From Betaproteobacteria bacterium (GTDB lineage Bacteria; Pseudomonadota; Gammaproteobacteria; Burkholderiales; Casimicrobiaceae), in NCBI GenBank assembly GCA_031396395.1, contig JANNKR010000059.1, forward strand, positions 2,750 through 66,749: a stretch of 64,000 nucleotides of DNA, given 5' to 3'. The notes beneath the pieces are model-generated. The model did not search any database, was not told where the DNA came from, and saw only the letters and a program-made list of their open reading frames with translations. Below, piece after piece: positions 11,195 to 19,267 of this stretch. How positions within the stretch are numbered: the stretch's first letter is position 1; each line of letters begins with the position of its first letter. The translations under genes were made by a program, and so were the position numbers.

Positions 11195-11699
11195 AACAGA
11201 GTCAATTTTTGCGGCGTTGACCGCGCTGGCTTTATTTCAATTGCGTCCAAAATGCGTGACGCCACATACACTCCTCCCCACGCGCGGCCCGTTCTCTCGA
11301 TGAGTATGCCCGCGGCTTGAAGCGCCATTACGGCAGCCCTGGCGGTTGGTTGGCTAACTTGCAGCAATCGCGTTGCACGCCTTACCGTCATGTATGGGTT
11401 AGTAAGGAGATGGTCGATCAATGCCAGCGCTTTTGGCTTCGCGTGCATCGACTTCCGAAATTCCTCCCGGATCTGCAGGAGCTCGGTTGCCTGCGCGGCG
11501 GCCTGTGAAGCGGTCTCAATCACGCCCGTCAGAAAGTACCGAATCCAGTCATTCCACGCCAAGTGCGTCCGCCCGCGACGGGAGCGCAACCACATCGTTT
11601 TCGAAGGTGAGGGTGGCGGGAGCGACGCGGGCGCAAACGCCGGGTTGCCTTTTGCGGTTTGGACAATGTTGCCGCTGGCGTTCACGAAGTCTTGAGCAT
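11191..11699 (-). pseudogene. Fic-family gene with the catalytic core deleted and a probable 5' frameshift
   Basis: Fic_N-like SGNIVQTAKGNPAFAPASLPP joined directly to the C-terminal RTHLAWNDWIRYFLTGV + HTH; no HPFxDGNGR motif; AAGGAG RBS precedes ATG 11699, which is one base out of frame. Confidence 0.7.
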
Positions 11700-11778
11700 T
11701 TATAAAAATCGCTCCTTAACTTCTAAAACTATCCCGGAGGTATAAGCCAGTCTATAAGGTTAGACGGGCTTTGAAAGA

Positions 11779-11800
11779 ATTGACCAAAATATTGACCAAA
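11779..11800. repeat. Direct repeat ATTGACCAAA x2 (12-bp period), resembling integrase arm-type sites
   Basis: ATTGACCAAA at 11779-11788 and 11791-11800 in an AT-rich non-coding tract. Confidence 0.45.
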
Positions 11801-11839
11801 CAACCCCAGTCAATCAAGACAGTCAAATCGAGCCTGATC

Positions 11840-11870
11840 AAAGAAAAAGGCCCTGCATCGCTGCAAGGCC
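11840..11870 (-). terminator. Rho-independent terminator
   Basis: Minus strand GGCCTTGCA-GCGA-TGCAGGGCC followed by TTTTTCTTT. Confidence 0.7.
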
Positions 11871-11976
11871 TCCAAGTGTGGACTGCTTTTTGACCGAATC
11901 ATCGCCATCTCCCTCCCCGGATAGGCGATGCAACCACATGAATTCGCCGGCTGGGAGTTGAGTCGGTCTCAGCACC

Positions 11977-12216
11977 CTAGCGCTGTTCGCCCCGGGCCGC
12001 CTGGGAAAGTACCTCGCTGCGGCTTGCCGTCACGGCGATCGACGGCAGCCGATACACTGGAACGCCATCCTGCAACTCTCCGGTGGGTACGGCGACCATC
12101 GACGTGGGGGCCGACGTTTCCTTGGTGGTGTACCAGCTGGCGCCGATGAGTGCGGTGGCGACGAGCACGATGGACAGCGAGGTGATCACGGCGCGGACGA
12201 GGTTCGAAGCTTGCAT
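11977..12216 (-). CDS. Small single-pass membrane/secreted protein (79 aa)
   Basis: AGGAG RBS; hydrophobic VITSLSIVLVATALIGASW; C-terminal PVYRLPSIAVTASR. Confidence 0.75.
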   Translation of the reverse strand: MQASNLVRAVITSLSIVLVATALIGASWYTTKETSAPTSMVAVPTGELQDGVPVYRLPSIAVTASRSEVLSQAARGEQR

Positions 12217-12261
12217 GGTGGTTCTCCTGGTGGGGTGGCGGTGACGACGGTGCCAATGTCC

Positions 12262-12311
12262 GCCTGAAGCCCACCTTCAGTCCTGAAGAACGCCTTAAAC
12301 GTGCCTTAAAC
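12262..12311 (-). promoter_or_regulatory. Phased direct repeats upstream of the small gene (candidate wHTH operator)
   Basis: Plus-strand CCTGAAG/CCTTAAA/CCTTAAA starting at 12282, 12293 and 12304 (11-bp period), plus CCTGAAG at 12263. Confidence 0.55.
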
Positions 12312-12383
12312 ATGGGTTTCGATTCGAACGACTCGCGTGCTTTCGCCAGATCCTCGGGCGTCAATCGATGCGGGCGGGTGGCT

Positions 12384-14927
12384 TCAGGCCCCGTCCGCGA
12401 GGATGAGCCCGAAGGCCTGATCCTCGGAGAGCGCCGCACCCTCGTCGCGCAGGCGCGCGCGCAAGTCTTCGGTCAACGTGTCCGGGACGCCATCCTCGGC
12501 CCATGTGGCGAATCCCTCGTCGGCGATCCCCATCCGCGCGCTCGTGCGCAACGCGTAGCCGACGAACCGAACCGCGGCCTCGTGCCGGCCGCGATCCGCT
12601 GCGAGGCGCGGCAGCAGGCCGAAGAGGATGTTCTGGTCACCCTCGCGGCGCAGCAGCGCATACGCGCGGCGCGCCTGCACCAGCGCCTCGTCGAACTCGC
12701 CGGTCTGGCGCAGCGCTTCGGCGAGGTTGTACACCATGTGGCCCGCTGACCAGCTGGCTCCGAGGCGGTCGAGTTCGGCGATCACCGCACGGAGCACCGG
12801 AATCGCCCGGGCGGGCTCGCCGCCCCAGACGTCGCAGGTTGCCACGTTGCCGCGCGCCAGCTGCTCGCTCAACGCGATGCCTGCCTCGCGGTTGAGATCT
12901 GCCTCGCGGTTGAGATCTGCCTGCCGCTGCGCGTACGGCCGGGCTTCGGCGTAGCGTTCGGCATTGAGGGCCACGATCCATTGCGCGAACGCCAATCGCG
13001 CCCGCCATGGCCGCGGCCACTCGGGACGCTCGAGGCTCGCGGCCTCGGCCAGCGCAGGGTCGGCCGCCGCGAAGTCGCGCCGCCGCCCGCCGATCGCCGC
13101 GCGGACGATCAACGCCTCGTAGAGTCGCTCGCGGACGTCCAGCATCCGGTAGAGGTCGGCCGCGCGCGCGGCGGCCTCGAAGCAATCCCGATCGGTCGAG
13201 AACACGCCGAGCGTGGCCACGGTAAGCCAATAGCGCGCGGCCAGCGCCGGCGGTGTCGCGTCCGTGACGTCCGGCTCGAACTCGCGCACGCGCCGCAATC
13301 CTTCCGCCTGGCCTGCGTTGCTCAGCCAGACGGTGTTCGACTCGGCGGCCAGCGTCATGCCGAGCGCACGGTCGCCATCCGTGCCCGCCGCCCATTCGAG
13401 CGCCGCACGCACGTTGTCGACCTCGACGGCGTAGATCGCGTCGTGCGCGCGGTTGAAGGACAGGTGGCCCGCGCCCAGGCGTTGCAGCAGCGCGACGACC
13501 ACTTGCGCATGCTGGCGCAAGACCTCATGCATCTCGCCCGACGCGGCGAGGCATTCGACCGCGAACGCGCGCGTCGTCTCGAGCAGCCGATAGCGGGGAA
13601 CGCCCGCGCCTTCGGCGATGACGAGGGATTTGTCGACCAGCTGACCGAGCGCGTCCAGCACCGCCCACTCGTCGAGTGTGGCGTCGGCGGCCACCTGCTG
13701 CGCGAACTCCAGCGTGAAGCCGCCGGCGCATGCTCCGAGGCGGCGGAAGACCACCTGCTCCTGCGCGCCGAGCAGGCCGTGGCTCCACTCCAGCGCGGCG
13801 CGCAGCGTCTGGTGCCGGCGCAGCACCGTGCGGGCGCCGGCCGTCAGCAGGCGGAAGCGCTCGTCGAGCCGCGCGCGCAGGCCCTCGACGCCGAGCAGCG
13901 GCACGCGCGCCGCCGCCAGCTCGATCGCGAGCGGGATGCCGTCGAGCCGCGCGCACACCTCGGCAACGGCGGGAAGCGTATCCGCCGTCAGGTGGAAACG
14001 CGGATCGGCCGCGGCAGCGCGCTCGACGAACAGCGCGACCGCACCGCACTGTTCGGCGTCGGCGAACGATGCGTCGGGCCGCGGTACCGCCAGCGTACCC
14101 AACCGATGGCTGTGCTCGGAGGCAGCCTTCAGCGTCTCCTGCGACGTGACGAGGATGCGCACCCCCGGCGCCTGGCTGACCAGCGCTTCGACGACCGGGG
14201 CGACAGCGTCGAGCAGGTGTTCGCAATTGTCGAGCGCCAGCAGCAACCGGGTGTCCGCGAGCGCGGTCGCGAGCGCCGCCGCCGCCGGACGGTCCGGCGC
14301 GAGGCCCACGCCCACGGTGCGCGCGATGGTCGCGGCGACCAGGCTGCCGTCGGTCAGCGCGGCCAACTCGATCCACCACGCGCCGTCCGGGAACCGCTCC
14401 CGCAGCGACATGGCGACGGCGAGCGCGAGGGCCGTCTTGCCGATGCCGCCGGCACCGACGATCGACACGAGGTGATGTGCGTCGACCAGGCGTGCGACCT
14501 CGGCCAGATCGTCGGCGCGGCCGAAGAGAGACTGCGTCGCGGCCGGCAGGTTGCCGCTCCGGACCGACGCGGGTGCAGGTGCGGGTGCGGGCGCAACGTC
14601 GGGATTCGACGCGGCAGGATCGTCCTCGGCGAGCGGCAGCGCGAACCGGTACCCGCGGCCGGGGATGGTCGCGATCGCGTGCGGCCCGAGCAGCTTGCGC
14701 AACGCGCCGACCTGCACCTGCAGGTTGTTCTCCTCGACGACGAGCTTCGGCCAGACGATGTCCAGCAGTTCGTTCTTCGACACCACGCGATCGCGCCGCT
14801 CGACGAGCGCCAGCAGCAGGTCGAACGCGCGCGCGCCGAGCTTCGCCGGCCGGCCGCCGACCTTGACGTGCCGCTCGGCGGCGTCGATTACGGTGTCGCC
14901 GAACTGGAAATGGAGGGGCTTCTGCAT
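12384..14927 (-). CDS. Transcriptional regulator: OmpR-type winged helix + STAND (NB-ARC-like) ATPase + helical repeats
   Basis: AFDLLLALVER...VEENNLQVQVGALRKLLG...TIPGRGYRF (Trans_reg_C); GAGGIGKT Walker A; LLALDNCEH Walker B; LDGIPLAIELAAAR; RHQTLRAALEWS. Confidence 0.9.
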   Translation of the reverse strand: MQKPLHFQFGDTVIDAAERHVKVGGRPAKLGARAFDLLLALVERRDRVVSKNELLDIVWPKLVVEENNLQVQVGALRKLLGPHAIATIPGRGYRFALPLAEDDPAASNPDVAPAPAPAPASVRSGNLPAATQSLFGRADDLAEVARLVDAHHLVSIVGAGGIGKTALALAVAMSLRERFPDGAWWIELAALTDGSLVAATIARTVGVGLAPDRPAAAALATALADTRLLLALDNCEHLLDAVAPVVEALVSQAPGVRILVTSQETLKAASEHSHRLGTLAVPRPDASFADAEQCGAVALFVERAAAADPRFHLTADTLPAVAEVCARLDGIPLAIELAAARVPLLGVEGLRARLDERFRLLTAGARTVLRRHQTLRAALEWSHGLLGAQEQVVFRRLGACAGGFTLEFAQQVAADATLDEWAVLDALGQLVDKSLVIAEGAGVPRYRLLETTRAFAVECLAASGEMHEVLRQHAQVVVALLQRLGAGHLSFNRAHDAIYAVEVDNVRAALEWAAGTDGDRALGMTLAAESNTVWLSNAGQAEGLRRVREFEPDVTDATPPALAARYWLTVATLGVFSTDRDCFEAAARAADLYRMLDVRERLYEALIVRAAIGGRRRDFAAADPALAEAASLERPEWPRPWRARLAFAQWIVALNAERYAEARPYAQRQADLNREADLNREAGIALSEQLARGNVATCDVWGGEPARAIPVLRAVIAELDRLGASWSAGHMVYNLAEALRQTGEFDEALVQARRAYALLRREGDQNILFGLLPRLAADRGRHEAAVRFVGYALRTSARMGIADEGFATWAEDGVPDTLTEDLRARLRDEGAALSEDQAFGLILADGA

Positions 14928-15084
14928 CGCGGCCCCATTATTCCAGATGGCGCGACGCGGAGGTGCGAGTCGTTCCAATCGATCGGAGTGCCCATTTCTA
15001 GATTCGAAATGGCCGCAGGAAGTGGCGATTGGCGGTTGGCCACGGCCGGCCGCCGCCGCGCTCCGACGCTGGCTAGCCGCGGCG

Positions 15085-15490
15085 CTGCAGCAGGCCCGCT
15101 TCGATGCGTTCGTGCAGGAGTTCAATACCGAGCGGCCCGACGAGGCCTTGGCCATGAAGACGCCGGCCGAAGTCTATGCGGCCTCGCCAACACCTTATCG
15201 TGGTCTAGCGGAACTTACCTACCCGCGGCACGATCGGGACGTGCTGGTCACCGCCTGCGGTCGCATCTGCATGCACCGCAAACGCATCAGCAGCGCACAC
15301 GTCCTGGCGGGTCAGCGCGTCGGCATCAAGGAAGTCGACGAGGGCATTTGGATCGTGAGCTTCATGGAGTCCGATCCTGGCTATATCGACATGGAGCAGA
15401 AAACTCTGCAACCTCTCGACAACCCGTTCGGCTTACGGGTGTCACCCATGTCTTAGGTACGGCATGTAACCCATGTCTCAGGGTTGTACA
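15085..15490 (+). mobile_element. IS481-family remnant: transposase C-terminus and right end
   Basis: LQQARFDAFVQEFNTERP..ALAMKTPAEVY..GIKEVDEGIWIVSFM..LDNPFG (stop 15456); sub-terminal repeats TGTCACCCATGTCT (15440) and TGTAACCCATGTCT (15465); ends ...TGTACA at 15490. Confidence 0.85.
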
Positions 15491-15500
15491 CTTAAATAAA

Positions 15501-15577
15501 TGGTGGCGAGCCAGGGACTCGAACCCCGGACCAAAGGATTATGATTCCTCTGCTCTAACCAGCTGAGCTAGCTCGCC
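15501..15577 (-). tRNA. tRNA with CAT anticodon, most likely elongator tRNA-Met
   Basis: GGCGAGCTAGCTCAGCTGGTTAGAGCAGAGGAATCATAATCCTTTGGTCCGGGGTTCGAGTCCCTGGCTCGCCACCA; cloverleaf, encoded CCA; G1-C72 pair excludes fMet; G2-C71/C3-G70 favours Met over Ile2. Confidence 0.93.
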
Positions 15578-15705
15578 AAAGCCCAAAATTGTCGCAGAAA
15601 CGGACCGTGGCGTCCAGTCCGCCGGCACAGCCCGCCGGCATGGCCTGTCGGGGCAGCCCATTGGCGACGCAGCCAAGAGAGCCGTGCGTGGTCGACCTCC
15701 AACCC

Positions 15706-16374
15706 CTACGACAGCGAAAACTCCCCACCCCGCTCAAGCGCCCGCTGGTACGCCGGCCGCGCATGAATCCGCGCCAGCCAGTCCATGAGCCTGGGCCGGG
15801 TTGCGTCGAGACCACCCCGCGCTGCCGCCGCCTCCACGACAAAGCTCATCATGACGTCCGCGGCAGTGAATGAGCGGCCGGCAAACCACGGCGTTTTTCG
15901 AAGCTCGGCTTCCATGTAGTCGAGCTGCCGGTTGAGGTTGGGCTCGATGAAGGTCGATTTCACGTTGCGTGCGATCGCCTTGGCGATGGGCCTGGCAAAG
16001 AATGGCATGGGTGCGGATTCGACCCGGTCGAACACCAGCTTCATCAGCAGCGGTGGCATGCCGGACCCTTCGGCAAAGTGCAGCCAGTAGGTGTAGCGCA
16101 GCTTGTCGGCGGTTCCGGAAGCGGGGATCAACTTGCCATCGCCGTAGCGTTCGACCAGATATTCGGTGATGGCGCCGGACTCGGCGATCGTGTGCTTGCC
16201 ATCGGTGATGACGGGCGACTTGCCGAGCGGATGGATGGCGGTCAACGCCGGCGGCGCCAGCATGGTCTTCGAATCGCGCTGGTAGCGCTCGATGTCGTAG
16301 GGGATGCCCAGTTCCTCCAGCAGCCACAGCACGCGCTGCGAGCGGGAGTTGTTGAGATGGTGAACCACGATCAT
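15706..16374 (-). CDS. Glutathione S-transferase family protein
   Basis: MIVVHHLNNSRSQRVLWLLEELG, HPLGKSPV, AESGAI, FTAADVMMSF. Confidence 0.93.
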   Translation of the reverse strand: MIVVHHLNNSRSQRVLWLLEELGIPYDIERYQRDSKTMLAPPALTAIHPLGKSPVITDGKHTIAESGAITEYLVERYGDGKLIPASGTADKLRYTYWLHFAEGSGMPPLLMKLVFDRVESAPMPFFARPIAKAIARNVKSTFIEPNLNRQLDYMEAELRKTPWFAGRSFTAADVMMSFVVEAAAARGGLDATRPRLMDWLARIHARPAYQRALERGGEFSLS

Positions 16375-16520
16375 GCCGGCCGCCGCAAGGTTGAGTGAAG
16401 TGGCGATTCTGGCAGGTCGCCGCACAATTTGGGTACCATGCCTGCTGCCGTGATCGCTGCCAGCGACAAAGTCGCTGACGGCGCGCCGCAGGGCGGATCC
16501 GGCCTCTCCAATTACTCCCC

Positions 16521-17294
16521 GTGACGTTTCCATTGCCGCTTCCCGACCTGCCGTGGCTTGCGTTGGCCGCGATCCTGTTGATCGTGCTGCTTGCCTATAC
16601 CGTCTTCGGCGCCACGGGCTTCGGGTCGTCGCTGATCGGCGTGCCATTGCTCGCGCACCTGGTGCCCCTGACCTTCGCCGTGCCGCTCATCACGTTGCTC
16701 GATGCCGGCGCGGCGACGACGCAAAGTGTCCGCCAATGGCGCGATGCGTCGTGGCCCGTGTTCCGTCGCATCCTGCCGGCGATGCTGGTCGGCATTGCCA
16801 TTGGCACGACGCTTCTGGTCTCCCTGCCGCAGGCGCCGCTGCTGCTGGCACTCGGTATTTTCGTCAGCGGCTACGGCGCGTACCTTTTCCTCGGCACGCG
16901 TAGGTTGCGCACCGCGCCGGACTGGCTCGCCTACCCGATTGGCCTGGTGGGCGGCGTGTTCTCCGTGACCTTCGGGACCGGCGGGCCGATCTACATGGTG
17001 TTCCTGTCCGCGCGCATCCACGACAAGTCGGTGCTGCGCGCGACATCGTCGGTGGTCATCACGGTAAGCGTGTGGATCCGCCTCGTCGTGTTCCTGGTGG
17101 CAGGACTACTGCTGCACCCGCCGCTGCTCACGCTGGCGCTGCTGATGGTACCGGTGATGATCCTTGGACTCGTCATCGGCAACCGGTTGCATCACGCGCT
17201 CAGCGGGTCCGGGTTCATGCGCCTGCTGGCGCTGCTGTTCCTGATCAACGGGATATCGCTGCTGGTGCGTGCCGTGCAGGGGTTGTCACTGTAA
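16521..17294 (+). CDS. TSUP (TauE/SafE) family membrane protein
   Basis: GATGFGSSLI and FGTGGPI repeat motifs; about 8 TM helices. Confidence 0.88.
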   Translation: MTFPLPLPDLPWLALAAILLIVLLAYTVFGATGFGSSLIGVPLLAHLVPLTFAVPLITLLDAGAATTQSVRQWRDASWPVFRRILPAMLVGIAIGTTLLVSLPQAPLLLALGIFVSGYGAYLFLGTRRLRTAPDWLAYPIGLVGGVFSVTFGTGGPIYMVFLSARIHDKSVLRATSSVVITVSVWIRLVVFLVAGLLLHPPLLTLALLMVPVMILGLVIGNRLHHALSGSGFMRLLALLFLINGISLLVRAVQGLSL

Positions 17295-17297
17295 CTA

Positions 17298-17327
17298 TCG
17301 CTGTGAATGTCGCTGTGAATGTCGCTG
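17298..17327 (+). repeat. Short tandem repeat TCGCTGTGAATG x2.5
   Basis: TCGCTGTGAATG TCGCTGTGAATG TCGCTG directly before REP doublet 2. Confidence 0.7.
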
Positions 17328-17328
17328 C

Positions 17329-17407
17329 GTAGGCGAGGCTTCAGCCTCGCAGCACGGGGTAACCGTCCAAAGTGACCGGAATTCCGCGAGGCTGAAGCCT
17401 CGCCTAC
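17329..17407. repeat. GTAG-type REP doublet, copy 2
   Basis: GTAGGCGAGGCTTCAGCCTCGC at 17329-17350 and its reverse complement ending at 17407. Confidence 0.85.
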
Positions 17408-17603
17408 GGGGCTTTCCCCCGCCCCCGCGGCGCCGTTCGCCCCGCTTCCCGCCGGTTCATCCCCGGTTTCCCGTGTTTCGTCGCTTGGCCATTGAGCCCC
17501 TCAAGGCACCCGCCTAGAGTTCGATCCATGGCAGCCACGCAGTGAATCCGAAACCGGCTACCACGGCATCTTAAAGACGATTCCACAGATTCAGGAGGCA
17601 ACC

Positions 17604-17846
17604 ATGACGACGACGACCTCAACCCGCTGGACCGAAAAGCTTGTGCTGGTAGCGCTTACGCTCGCACTTGGCGTGGGTTCGCTCGAATTGGTGTCGAACG
17701 GGATGCGTTCTCCCGCGCCGGAGACCCTGGCCGCCAAGCAGCAGTTCCTCGCGGCCGAAGAAGCCCGCGCCTACGACATCCGCACGCTGCAAGCCGGAGA
17801 AGTGCGGTTTGCCGAGGTCGACGTGACCGCAACGCGCGACCGCTGA
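17604..17846 (+). CDS. Small single-pass membrane/secreted protein (80 aa)
   Basis: AGGAGG RBS; hydrophobic LVLVALTLALGVGSL; C-terminal RFAEVDVTATRDR; followed by a terminator. Confidence 0.75.
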   Translation: MTTTTSTRWTEKLVLVALTLALGVGSLELVSNGMRSPAPETLAAKQQFLAAEEARAYDIRTLQAGEVRFAEVDVTATRDR

Positions 17847-17900
17847 ACGACGATTCAACGTTTCCCCCTTGCCGGCTCCCCCCTCCCTGCCGGCAATACC

Positions 17901-17926
17901 AAGGGCCCGCGAAAGCGGGCCCTTTT
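17901..17926. terminator. Intrinsic terminator hairpin between convergent genes
   Basis: AAGGGCCCGC-GAAA-GCGGGCCCTT followed by TT. Confidence 0.8.
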
Positions 17927-17946
17927 CTATCGACCACCCCCTGACG

Positions 17947-18732
17947 CTACAACCCGGTGGCCCTGCGGATCAGCGCGAAGTACAGCCGATAGGGCAGTAT
18001 CCGCAGCAATTTCAGCCTGCGGGTAAACGCCTTGGGAAAGTGGATCTCGAATTCGCCGGCGCGCAGTCCGGCCATGATCTCGCGTGCGGCCTCGTCGGCG
18101 GAGATGAGATTCGGCATCGTGAATGCGTTGCTGTCGGTCAGCGGCGTCCGTACGAATCCGGGCATGATCAGATACACGCCCAGTCCCTTGGGATGCAGGT
18201 CGAAGTAGAGCGTCTCGGTGAAGTTGACCAGCGCCGCCTTGGATGCGCCGTAGATCAGCGCCTTGGGCAGACCGGAATAGCCGGCTACGGAGGCGACGAT
18301 GCCGATGCCGCCGCGGCCTTGCGCCAGCAGGCCGGGCAGTACCGCGGAACACGTATTGATGACGCCATGCAGGTTGGTCTCGAGCAGCGCGCGCGAGTCC
18401 TTCTCGTTCAGTTCCCAGGCGCGCACTTCCTGGTGCGTGCCGGCCACGATCAGGATCAGGTCGATGCCGCCCCATTGTGCGTGGATGCGCTGCGCGGCGG
18501 TAGCGACGGCTTCCGTCTTCGTGAAATCGAGCGGTTCGACCAGCGCATGCTCATGGGCGCCGGCCACCGCCTGCAGCTTGTCGGTGGACCGGGCCGACAG
18601 CGCCACGCGCGCGCCGGCGGCCAGCAAAGCCTGCGCCGTGGCCGCGCCAATGCCGGTGGACGCGCCGATGATCCACACGCGACATTGCGGCCAGGCAGGC
18701 GGCGGCGGATTGAGCGGCGAAAAGAGTCCCAT
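17947..18732 (-). CDS. SDR oxidoreductase (RSP1087-like member of the cfa/DUF1365 operon)
   Basis: IIGASTGIG, VASVAGY, YGASK. Confidence 0.88.
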   Translation of the reverse strand: MGLFSPLNPPPPAWPQCRVWIIGASTGIGAATAQALLAAGARVALSARSTDKLQAVAGAHEHALVEPLDFTKTEAVATAAQRIHAQWGGIDLILIVAGTHQEVRAWELNEKDSRALLETNLHGVINTCSAVLPGLLAQGRGGIGIVASVAGYSGLPKALIYGASKAALVNFTETLYFDLHPKGLGVYLIMPGFVRTPLTDSNAFTMPNLISADEAAREIMAGLRAGEFEIHFPKAFTRRLKLLRILPYRLYFALIRRATGL

Positions 18733-18739
18733 GGGACTC

Positions 18740-19267
18740 CTATCGCTTGCGAAACGACAGCGTGACCTGGCCCACCTCGACGCCGAACTTCGACATCCGG
18801 GTGCGATTGAGCATTGTCTTCTCGTCGATCAGGTACATCCAGTCGTCCATGTCCATGTGCCATGTCCTGCCGTCGACCGGCAGCGCCAGCACGTAGTTCC
18901 AGCGCAGCGCGTTGCCCGCGGCGCTGCCCGCCGCGATGCCGACGACGTCGCCCGCGGTGCCAGTGTAGCGATCGCCGTCCTTCACCAGCTTCCAGACGCG
19001 GTTCTCGCGGGTGCCGTCGGAGAACTCGAAGTGCTCGTCGAGCGTGCCCTGGTTGCCGCTCCAGTTTGCGTCGATCCTCACGTAGAAGCGCTTCAGGACC
19101 TTGCCGGAGCGGTCCTGGAACATGCCCCAGCCGTCGATGGTGCCGTTGAAGTACTGCGCCAGGTCGAGCGTCGGCTTCTCGTTGCGGTAGTCGTCGACAT
19201 TGACGCTCGCACATCCCGCAGCGAACAGCACCAGCAGCGTGACCAGCAGACGACGCATCGATTTCAT
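18740..19267 (-). CDS. DUF3833-family lipoprotein (lipocalin-like)
   Basis: Lipobox FAAGC; YFNGTIDGWGMFQDRSG, LDEHF, MDDWMY. Confidence 0.85.
   Translation of the reverse strand: MKSMRRLLVTLLVLFAAGCASVNVDDYRNEKPTLDLAQYFNGTIDGWGMFQDRSGKVLKRFYVRIDANWSGNQGTLDEHFEFSDGTRENRVWKLVKDGDRYTGTAGDVVGIAAGSAAGNALRWNYVLALPVDGRTWHMDMDDWMYLIDEKTMLNRTRMSKFGVEVGQVTLSFRKR

Noticed and set aside
11871-11910. tRNA 3'-end duplicate (att site) next to the terminator
   Set aside because: The minus-strand sequence shows no convincing match to GAGTCCCTGGCTCGCCACCA
17408-17475. G-rich minus-strand tract able to form a G-quadruplex
   Set aside because: Loops are long and such runs are expected at this GC content; nothing else supports function
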